Part shown: positions 22,357 to 35,882 of the stretch, piece after piece | How positions within the stretch are numbered: the first letter of the stretch is position 1 | Layout: each line of letters starts with the position of its first letter | Origin: Zygnema circumcarinatum SAG 698-1b | Taxonomy: Eukaryota > Plantae > Zygnematophyceae | Length of the DNA stretch: 64,000 bases | NCBI GenBank assembly: GCA_037447605.1 | Contig: CM074808.1 | Location: 744,001-808,000, forward strand | Reading direction: 5' to 3' | Notes under the pieces: generated by a model | Databases searched by the model: none | Seen by the model: only the letters and a program-made list of their open reading frames with translations | Told to the model about the DNA's origin: nothing | Position numbers and translations under genes: made by a program

Positions 22357-22361
22357 CATGC

Positions 22362-25300
22362 ATGGCGCGTGCTCCGCCCGACCCGGTGGCCATCCTGAGA
22401 GGCCACAACACTGACGTGACAGCTGTCACGTTTCACCCCTCCAACGGCACGCTCCTCTCCGGGTGAGGCTCCAAAGCTTCGCTGCTCCCGCCTGCCCCAC
22501 ATCGTAGTCCAAAGGAATATTTTATATGATTAGATTAGCCTAATTCAATTTAACCTTTCATTTTGTTTTTCATTCAATGCCCACGAAGCTGATGTCTGAC
22601 TGACTGGTCGCAGGGATGGAGATGGCGAGATGCGCATGTGGGACCTGCAACGCAGGCGGCCCGTGCTATCTGCCCGGTAATCATGAATGGCAGTTTCTTT
22701 TCTAAGCGAATAACATCTCTACATTACTCTACATTATTATTCTTGTTGGTTCTATTCCAATTTCTGTATTTATTGGTAGAGAGGAGTTGTTGATGTGCTG
22801 CTCACCCTCTTTGTTTCCCCTCATGCTGCCTGTTGTATGCACACGCAGTTGTTCAACTTTTGCGTCTAAAGCGCAAATGTTGAAGCAACATGCTTTATTT
22901 CACATGGCTTGTTTTTTTTTCCCTTTTTTTTGGCTCCTTTCGTGATAAGAAAGCCTTCAGTAGTGCGCTTATCCTCTTCCTTGTAGTACCAGTTCTGTTC
23001 GATTAAGCCCATTTCACAGCCATGATTTGTGGATTGTCTGCCAATTAAGGTTGTTATAATAGAGATGCTGGAAAACTACATATCGCTAAAAAGGTGCAGT
23101 TCAAATATATGTTTCTAAGTATTTCCTTGCAGAGGCTTCATAATTTGAGTCGACTTGGAGAAAAAATTGTCATCAACCTCTCTCTGCTTTGGCACAATGA
23201 CAGGCTCCATTCTGCAAGTGCTGGCATTCTGGCTCTTTCGGTGGGCAGGCATTCTGAAAGTTCTATATTGAGGTGAGATTTCTTAAGATATTTACCTGAA
23301 AAGCAAAAGGGTGGGGGGAGGAATGTATCCTAAAACCCTCAACTTCAAACCCTGAAATCCTTACATTCTTCAAACCCTCCAACACTCAATTCTTCAAACC
23401 CTAAAATCCGAAGTGCTTCATAGGCTAAAACCGTAAATGCTTCAAACCGATATCCCTTAATGCTCCAAATAATCAAACCCTAAGTGCCTCAAACCCGAAA
23501 ATCATAAATGCCTGAAACTCTTAAATACTTATACACATTCCATACCTGACGTTGCCTAGCGAAGCTTCCTGGATAGTAAATGCCTACAGTGGCTACAGAA
23601 TCGATGGAGAAGATTGATGCCATTGTTCGCTTCCACATAAGAACATTTTTTTTGATTTTTGGGTTGCGTTGTGCGCAATGCTGGCAGTCAGGGCCGAGAC
23701 GGAGAGGTGAAACTTTGGCAGATCGCAGAAGGAGCACTCTCCAGGTAACATTTCAGTTTCGCTTCGTTCGGTTTCTGATGTGAACCCATCTTGCAAAGGG
23801 ATCAATTTTTCAGATCACAGACTACAGATTTCCTCCGCAACTCTCACGTGAGAAGGCTATTTGGATTAAGTTTAAGATTGCCGAAAAGCAGTATTCAACC
23901 ATGTGACTTTCCATCTTCTCTCTTGAACGAACTCCAAGGTGATTGCTCTTCTTTAGCACCTCTGCATCTCAGGATGTGTCCTTTTTTCTCTTGGCGGTTG
24001 AAACAGAGAGCCAATAATGACAATACGGACGGGCTCCTATCACTTCTGCAAGTTTGCAGTTCTGCAAACTGTGACTTCAAGCAGCCGAGAGCGGCCGGAA
24101 AGCAGGGGAGAAAACCCTTTTGAAGAGACGTCAACAGAAGAAAGTGAGGGAGGGATTATGCATACGTGTGACAGTGACCTGTCAGCTTCAGATAAAGAGC
24201 TTTCTGCAAATAGTTGCAAACCACTGGATATTTCTTCCGGTTCTGCAGTTTCCACATCGGAGAGTGACGTGAACCTCAGTGAGCCGATACCATCGGAGGC
24301 ATATGTGAGCCAAGAAAGAGTGTATCTGCATGAGGCTGGAGGTAAAGGAGGGGGCACAGTGGCTACCGGAGTTTTGAAGAAAAAGGGAGGTCTTTCAGAA
24401 GCTTTTTCGAGCTCGCAAATGAACCGTGAAGGGGCTTCTCAAAAGGCAGTGCAGTTGAAGGATACTGCAACTTTAGCAGGTATGCAAACTAGAGAGACGA
24501 ATGCAATAGCAGCAAGAGTTGATCCAGAGATTACTTCCTGCAAGAGATGTAAACTTTAGTTAACTTAACTGAACTTGTAAGTCATTGGATTCGCGGAAAG
24601 CACGTTATAATGAGAGGGTGGCTTCGGGGGACGGAGGATGAAGGGGTCAGGAGAGCAGCTACCACTCATCGCTCTCGCTGGGCAGGACCCCTCGGCGGTA
24701 AGCTCAAAACACTCTATGAGTAGAGAATACTGGCTTTTGCTCCGTTCAGCATCCTCTAATGTCACGACTTTGAGGTGAGTTGTAGACTTAATGCAAGTAA
24801 CCATTCTCATGGAGGAAAGTTTGTGGGAGTATTGCAGGCTGAGATATGGGATGTGCGCTCAGGCGAGCGGGTCATTCGAGTGCAGGAATCTGTGGAGGTT
24901 TCCGGCGAGTTACAGTATGGAACAGCACAGGCAGGTAGTCTGTCAATAGCCTGACTTGGCTAACCATGGCATGGCATGGCATGCATGCTGTTTCTAGTTA
25001 GTTACTTTTGCTGAACATCTGGCGATGTGGAGTTCATATTGTTAGGGCCAACTGGAAGTGGAATCTTAGCAGTGGAGTTGTGGAAACAGAGTTTTTAGGG
25101 TTTTTAGATGCGGGAAGGTGGTGAAGGAGGAAGGGTTGAGGGAGGCGAATGAATGAGAGGGAGAGAAACTAGGGAAGGGAGAGAACTGAAGGTGCTTTTG
25201 GGGTGGCAGGGAGAGGCATGTGCATGGCGTTGCAGCTCTACCCTCTCCCATGTGGTAACAGCACTCTTGGCATACTGGCAGGGTATAGCACCATATTCCC

Positions 25301-26803
25301 TTATCACCTTTTACCCTTTTCTTTCTCCCTTGTCTAATGTCATTGAAGGGTCCTTAATTAGATGCCAGAGAGATGGGTGCCAAGAAAGCACGTTTGTGCA
25401 CTTCTTGAAGTTGTTGTTTTTTGAAAGGCTTGCCTTTACTTTTGTGCAGATATGAGGATGGCACCACTGCCGTGTGGGACCTGCGGAATTCGGCTGTGCC
25501 TGTAATGAGTGCTCGCATGCACACAGAGCCAGGTCAAGCTTCATTTACTGAACACACATCATTTTCTTCGTTGGAAGTTTATGTTAATTTTGACAGCTAC
25601 TCTGTGATTTTCATGGAATAAAATTTAGCACTTTCTGAAGAGGGAAGGAGGGCTCGTGGGCTTCATGATTCCATGCTTTTGTCCGCTCTTCTCTCTTTCC
25701 TTGATGAGACAAGAAAAGAGGGGACTTGGAATTTCTAGTGAGCTGATCGCAGTCATTAGGAGATGGGGCCTGCAGTGCTGGCAATGGCTGTGGACCATTC
25801 CGGCAAAGGAGGAGTGTCCGGAGCTGCTGATACTCAAGTCGCATTTTTTAGCATGGATTATGGCAAGGTAAACAGTATTTGCCATTATTCAGTTCACGTG
25901 AGCCTTGAAAGACATTGCCTTAACAGTGCCGATTGGGAGAAGCCATTCCGATGGAACATTGCTGTAACTGGAGGAGGGAGAATAGAACATAACATTTGGG
26001 GCTTGAAAGAAGGTGGGGGAGGGGGAAATTGGATTCAACGGGTCGTACTCCTGAAAGGAAAGAGCTTTCTTGATGCAACTTTATTGAATGTGATGCATTT
26101 TCTAACCTAACCGCTATAACTGCAATTGAGTTGCAGGGAGTGCTGCGAGAACTGAAAACGGAGCAGCTGCCACGTCCAGGGAGCGCTGAGATCAGCATAC
26201 GGAACGATGGGCGCATAGCGGCAGTTGGAGGATGGGACCACAGGTCAATACCACACCGGAGTTTACCATTCTATGCCTGCTGCCATGTCATGCCTTTAGT
26301 CACATGTCTGAATGTCTGTAGGATCATGGAACGGTTTAACTTACGCAATCCTGTTGCAGGATGGGTTTGGCAGGCTCTCTTGATGTATGTCATTTGTGAA
26401 ATTTCTGTCCATGTCTCATAGGGCCATGCTTCTTGGTGGACAGGGTGCGCATATATGACTACAAAAGAAGGCGGCCATTGGCAATTCTCAAGTATCACTC
26501 CGCTTCGGTGAGGCAGTTTCCAACCATTGTACATTCAATCTAATCAGAAAGGGACATGAATGTAATCTGATGTGAATTTGATTTGAGCATGGATAGTGGC
26601 TATGCGTCAGGCTGTCCATGCTCCTACATGCAAGCACCTGCAATGTGGCATGACTAAGACCTATGGTATGTTTGACTTCTTCCTGCTTGAACTCTGTGCA
26701 GGTTACAGGAGTTGCCTTCTCTGACGATGCGGGATTGTTGGCTTCCTGCGGCAGAGATGCGACCATAGCCTTGTGGTCCATCTATCCCCCGCGACAAAGC
26801 TGA
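22362..26803 (+). CDS. DSE1: WD40 protein, orthologue-like to plant DSE1/TAN (animal GNB1L, yeast Asa1), multi-exon
   Basis: PPDPVAILRGHNTDVTAVTFHP, DGEMRMWD, WQSGPRRRG/QGRDGEVKLW exon, GSYHFCKF, GYEDGT.AVWD, HTEP, GGVSGAAD, SIRNDGRIAAVGGWDHR, LAILKYH, LLASCGRDATIALWSIYPP*; matches my recollection of Arabidopsis DSE1 throughout. Confidence 0.9.
23332..23522. repeat. Degenerate telomere-like minisatellite (AAACCCT-containing units) in a DSE1 intron
   Basis: About 8 loosely spaced CTTCAAACCCT(A/G/C)AA variants. Confidence 0.6.
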
Positions 26804-26966
26804 TGTTAGAGAAGGGAAACCACGGACCGATCATTAGTCAGAACGCACTTCAATAATAAGGAGAGCAAAGGATGTGGCATTGATCTCACGATGGCGATGA
26901 TGCCATCAAATGTACATGGACAACATCAGCATCATAGGGAACCACGAGGAACTGGTCGCGAAGGAC

Positions 26967-27215
26967 CTAAGGACAAAAGAAAAAAGCTAGGGAGTGGAAA
27001 GTAGAAGCAAATTGTCGAGCAAAATGATAAATATCTTCACTTAAAAACTTGTACCACCCTTGACGTCGGTTCATCCGGAAGCATCTTGTATCTAATTGAT
27101 CACAAATTTGCAATGCTTTCTTTCGACCAATCCCAAATGGTCGAATCAATGACCGAAGTACTTTCGTGATATTTTTCCAGCAGTCTCCTATCGTCAAACA
27201 TTGACCATACGACAT
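26967..27215 (-). pseudogene. rps13: Probable relic of mitochondrial-type ribosomal protein S13 (NUMT-like)
   Basis: Intronless AT-rich ORF MSY...KVLRSLIRPFGIGRKKALQICDQL resembles the N-terminal helix-turn-helix of bryophyte/charophyte mitochondrial Rps13 (recalled approximately as VRIALTQIFGIGPKKAIQICDQLG); lacks the C-terminal RG.RH...LP.RGQRT motif. Confidence 0.5.
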
Positions 27216-27529
27216 TTCATTGGCAACCACCGTTTTGATAAGGAAACGGTAAAGAGGGATGAAATTTATTCATACTCTAAAGAGCGGAAAAAGACTTTCC
27301 GCTTTAAAAAAAAGTAGAAAAATGGTATTACATTATGTCAAGTATGTGCAACTGCTATTTCCTTCTGTTCAAATCTTCGACCCCCACCATACAGCGACTA
27401 ATAACTGGACATTAACTTCCATTAACGTCCACTTCAACAGCCTAGAAAGCAGAAAACCCTAAAAGCAGCAAAAATTTTAGCTCTCAACGTGGAAGTCTTC
27501 ACCTTCCTTCACAGCCCGCCGCCATGGCG

Positions 27530-31174
<3,645 letters not shown>

Positions 31175-31414
31175 GGCCGGTATCGCTGTCACGAGTTGGC
31201 GGGCGAGCGCGGCGCTTTGAGAGGGCGACAGTGACGCGCGTCGCTGTTTTACCGTCCGAAGCATGGCCGTGACTCGTCACGTCACATCGCCGCCGGCGCT
31301 TGCAGGGCCATGCACGCCGCTGAATTTGGGAATTGGGATTCGTGAGCTGGAATTGGCCTATTGTGCCTAGGCGTAGTTTTCCGCTCTTAGCTTCTTTCTA
31401 TTGTGCTTAGGTCG

Positions 31415-31664
31415 TTTGCGACCAGTCCCTCGTGGTTCCTCATCATGCTTTTGTCCATGTACATTTGATTGCCTCGCCATCGTGAGTTCAATGAAATTTG
31501 CCCCGATGAATCGGCCAATGAATGGTTGAATGCCACATCTTTCAATTTTGTACCTATGTCCTTTGCGACCAGTTCCTCGTGGTTCTGATTTTGACCATGT
31601 ACATTTGATGGCCTTGCCATCGTCAGATCAATGCCACTTCCTATTCTTTCAATGAATGGTTGAT
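31415..31664. repeat. Diverged direct repeat, 2 copies with 147-bp period
   Basis: TTTGCGACCAGT.CCTCGTGGTTC...CCATGTACATTTGAT.GCCT.GCCATCGT...AATGAATGGTTGA begins at 31415 and 31562. Confidence 0.75.
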
Positions 31665-31684
31665 AAAATAATGTTCATATTATA

Positions 31685-31862
31685 TATAGTGCGACAGAGG
31701 TCCCGTGGTGCGACGCACATGGACTCGCCGCACTATGGACAGTGGGTCGCACTGTGGGCACAATAACAAGCGAGGAGCCAAAAATGCCTCTCACTCTTGG
31801 CCTCGCATCGCTTGCCCGATGTCGCATGCAAGTCGCACTATGATACATCTGTCGCACTATAT
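31685..31862. mobile_element. MITE-like element of about 180 bp with internal GTCGCAC repeats
   Basis: Terminal inverted repeat ATAGTGCGACAGA / TCTGTCGCACTAT in a TA-rich context; about 7 internal GTGCGAC/GTCGCA(C/T) variants in both orientations. Confidence 0.6.
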
Positions 31863-32491
31863 GGAACAACCAACTTTGTTGCCGAATTCTAACGAATTTC
31901 CGTATTCACGAATTTATGGATTCCTACGAATTTTGGAATTCAGGAGGGTTCATTTTTACAAAGGAATTTGCTCCATGCCGGCCAGGTGCTCCACCTCGAT
32001 ACGACCTCGATATATCTCCACCATATCATATGTGAATATCGCGATTTTGCATGTAGGGGCTTCGCGCGGAAGCGCTACGAACACAAGCATGCGGTTATTC
32101 GCACCACAATCTCAATCGACCAATGAGGTGCAAGATTTGATTCTTCTGACTAATCAAAAAGCGCCAGCTGACGTTAGTGAAGTATTGTTATCCTATAAAG
32201 GTGTGGTCGTAACTGATGGTGTCGTACTTATAGTCGTGCGGCCATCACCAGAGTACAGAGCCTTCATTTGCTCACTCGGTGCAGGAGCCGATGATAGGCC
32301 ATGCTTTGATCGGATGTCCGTGTGGAAATTGGACTTCCAGGCTCCTCTGAAAGTTGGAACGACAATTATAATATTGCGGTGGAAATCAATCATACTCGTA
32401 CAGGAATCACTGCATGCATTTCTTTCTTGGAATTTGAATGGGTTGGCTGGAGCATGATGTGATGTAATCCAGGGAGCAGAAAGGGAAGCGT

Positions 32492-35400
32492 TTGGCAGGG
32501 ATGAGAAGAAGGAAAAAGTGGAGTGGAAGTAAAGAAGCGCTGCTCTCTAAGGCGGGTGTCAGCAAGAAGGGAACGCAGGGGCCGGCCACTCGCAGCAGAA
32601 GCAATGTGGGTCAAGGGCGTGAGGTAGCTGCAGGCCCCGAGAGAGGGACGAGGCAATGCCCGCAAGAAGGCGAAGATGACAGCCGTTCGAGTTCAGACTG
32701 CATGATCGTTGATGCTTCTGAGTTCGCAAAAATCAAGGCGAGCAAAGCATGCGCAGGGAAAGATGAGGTGCGGACTGAAGCTGCTTTATTGTCTGATCAT
32801 CAAGGGGTAAATGGCGAACAGGAGCAGGAGATACAGTCTTCTGGTGTTAAACCGCATGAAACTTTCGGAGGTAATGCTGCCCGTAAAGTAATCAACTCGA
32901 ACAATCAACGGACGATTAAATTAAAAAGCAAATTGCGGGGAGAAAGGGGTTCAGAATCTCTGAAGCAACCAAACCAAACTGCTGGCTTAGAAGCAGAAGA
33001 TTTAACTGATACGTTAAGAACGAATGTGGTTACGAATCAAGAAGGACATGCTCGTAAAAGTAAGGATTTGGCTAAGGATCCTAAAGCTAGCTTGGCTGAA
33101 ACAATTTATCCAAATTCCATCCAACCAAGCAAGTCTCATGTGTTAAACGATGACTGGCCTGCTGCAGTCAGAAATATACGTGCATCCAGGCCCAGCAATT
33201 CCACAGTACAAGGAATAGCTCTAAGATCTGGTAAGCAGGTTCCACGTGCGGCTGGTGGAGAGGGTATTCAACGGGAACCCTTGACAAGTTCTGAAGAGCT
33301 AATTCATCAGAATGTGAAAAACATAAAGAAGTCTGCCCACGAGGATGGGCAAAACGGAAAAGTAGATTCGGGTAATGCTGCACTTGGAGGTTCCGTCAGG
33401 GAAGGGGCAGCTGCGGAGCGGGTCTCTGCACATCGAGGCCATGATGTAAGCACAAGGAATAAGAAGGTTTTCTAACAGTTTTGCAAAGTCCCTCCTCCAA
33501 TTCTGGAGTCTTTTGTTGTGATAGAAAAGCAATAATCGCATCACGTATAGTTAGTTACCTTGCTGCTTTGTGAACCCAAAAGACAGTTATCGCAGCATTT
33601 CGGCTTAGCCCATGGTTAAAAATAGCTTTCTTTGCGTCCAGGATGGGGTCCAGGAAGCGGACAGTGGCAAAGAGCCTGCTAAAGTGTTCATATCCAAGGC
33701 TGCAAGACTGGTCGCAGATCCCGATTTTGCAAAAGCAGGTGAAGCTCTTCGCATAGTCCAGCAGCTGTACTCAATTCTCTATGAGCCAGCTGTGCCTCTG
33801 TCAACATCCGACATTCTCACTGCTATTTGGAAGCTAACCAATAGTCTAAGTGCAAATAGCACGAGAAACTAATCGTGACCTCTTTTGCGTGAAAAGAGAA
33901 GAGAAAGAGAAAACCCGTTCCTTGCACACCGATTCCTGCGGATGTACCCAGCTTGAAGTCGGGTTTTTTGGTCACCCGTGACATTACCGAGGGTTGGTAA
34001 GGACTCCTGCTGCATTTTATCTCTTACTTGGTTCGATTTGGTGACATGGACTCTGGATTATATACATGGCCCTCCACTGTTCATACGTTCTTATGTATAT
34101 CAAATTATCGTAGGCATTGGACAATCTCTGAACGTTATTCTGTACTTATGTGTCTTAAATTCCAGCTTCTTCGCTTAACTCATGAAATTTAGCCTTTCCA
34201 GTTAATACCTAAAGTAGATATTTTTTTCTGTGGGCTGTACAATGTGCTTTAGGGAGCATATTGCCATCTCTTGTGTTCATGAGGAAGAAGCGATTGATGT
34301 GGAGTGCTTACCACAAGGCTTTAAATATCGCCTACAAAGTCGTAAGCTGAATGGTAATGCTTCTTTCGGTTGGAACTACGGCCAGGATGAGGCAGAGTCT
34401 TGTCTTCTCTTCTAGCTATGGTCTTGGGCTTTATATCGTGTTTGGCTTTATGAAAGTTCAGCAGCTTGAACTATGGTGCTTCCTGTTTAAGCTTAAGGGT
34501 TTTGTGTTGAACCCCGTGACACTCTTCCGATTCATAAATTCTCCATTTCTCAACCATGATTCTGCTTCTAACTTTGCAAGTGGAGGGGCAAGTGCAGGTG
34601 CTAAAGTTGACTGTTTCACTGATCGATTCAGGGAAGAATTCTGTGATTGTGAAGGCGATTGCCTGTTGTGAGTAGTCTCCTTTTTCATGATTCAGCCTGT
34701 TCTTGTTGTTCAACATATCGGGCAGATCCACATGCTTGGAAGTCTGGAAACCCGTATGCTTGGGCCATATTTGTCCAGAAAGACAAGGTTTAGTTCATGT
34801 CTTCTCGCTCCCCACTCTCCCTCCCTCCCTCTCCCTCTCTCCCCCACTCCTCCCCCTCCACAACTCATTCATGTACGACCCTGTGATCCGGCATGGTAGA
34901 CCCTACCGGAATGTAATCTGCCACACAATGCACCAGCTTTCAATTGTGAGCGGAGTCTTGTTTTGGCGGCAGGGGCTACCTGCCTTGCGCTTGCAGCAGC
35001 AGCTCTTCCCAAAATTTCGCCTACGGCCGGGACGGGCGGCTCATCAAGCGGCTGGCCAAGCTGGTGAACAGAACTTTGCAAGTTTATCATTCATGGGAAC
35101 AGTGTTAATGTGGAGAAGTCTATAGGCAATGTCGCTTCTAAAGTTCAGAGATTGTTGTGTCTTGAAGTGATGTGAAGGATCCATTGATGGCAACAATTTT
35201 GGGTGCTTTTGCTGACCAGAGCGATATTGGGTATGGCATATGGATTTTGGTGGTGCAGAGCGAAGCTTCCACGTAAGCTTCCTTCTCTTGTCTTGCAGCC
35301 TCTCTTCACCGTAAGAGTGAGACGGTTACGAGAAACCAAAGCGGACAGAGAAGTCACAATGTGGATTGCGTATGCACGAAAAATGGGGTTCGAATTCATT

Positions 35401-35782
35401 TCATTGCTGTGTTTCAGAAAAGATATCGGAATTCGTTTTTAGCCTTAGATTGTTTGTGTTCCTGGTACTTGTTCTGGACTTCACTTTTTATGAAGCTCTG
35501 CCACTGGGTATTGCCCCATTTAAAGCATTAGCTGTGCCTATACTTACATTACCGACCATTGAAGCAGCTTGCTGCAGAAGAAACCCAGTAATGTTGAACC
35601 TAGAAGCCGAAACTACCTGCTTACAGTTTCAAACTCATATGCTAGCAAGCTATTCCTTTTTCTCCTTTATCTCTGAACACATCTATGTCCATTTCTTTCA
35701 CTGGCAGACATAAAACCGGGAGCGAGTACATCACCGAGTGCTCCGTGAGCTGCTCCTGCAGCCGGATGTGCGGCAACCGTAA
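32492..35782 (+). CDS. SUVR-type (Su(var)3-9 related) histone-lysine methyltransferase, 5' and pre-SET portion; SET domain not visible (truncated by gap)
   Basis: In-frame splicing gives DITEGWEHIAISCV...PQGFKY...FCDCEGDCLLGYLPCACSSSSSQNFAYGRDGRL...YITECSVSCSCSRMCGNR, a nine-Cys pre-SET domain in the SUVR1/2/4 arrangement; long disordered N-terminal exon 32492 to about 33444. The true start may be further upstream. Confidence 0.82.
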
Positions 35783-35882
35783 NNNNNNNNNNNNNNNNNN
35801 NNNNNNNNNNNNNNNNNNNNNNNNNNNNNNNNNNNNNNNNNNNNNNNNNNNNNNNNNNNNNNNNNNNNNNNNNNNNNNNNNN
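35783..35882. other. Assembly gap (exactly 100 N, placeholder of unknown true size)
   Basis: Run of 100 N; the expected SET and post-SET exons and the start of the next gene are missing across it. Confidence 0.97.

Noticed and set aside
31685-31862. CACTA transposon
   Set aside because: The motif is in the wrong orientation: the element begins TAGTG and ends CACTA, the reverse of CACTA termini, and there is no 3-bp TSD.
31705-32457. 250-aa ORF as an independent gene
   Set aside because: Its 5' half runs through the MITE and no domain is recognisable; the 3' half could be a first exon of the SUVR gene, but I could not find a phase-consistent join.
35219-35400. Extra exons (RYWVWHMDFGG..., PLFTVRVRR...) as a novel domain
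   Set aside because: The pre-SET frame closes without them via the 20-nt microexon, so they are treated as intronic unless RNA-seq shows otherwise.
35380-35400. tRNA T-loop-like GGTTCGAATTC
   Set aside because: No cloverleaf, D-loop or acceptor stem around it.
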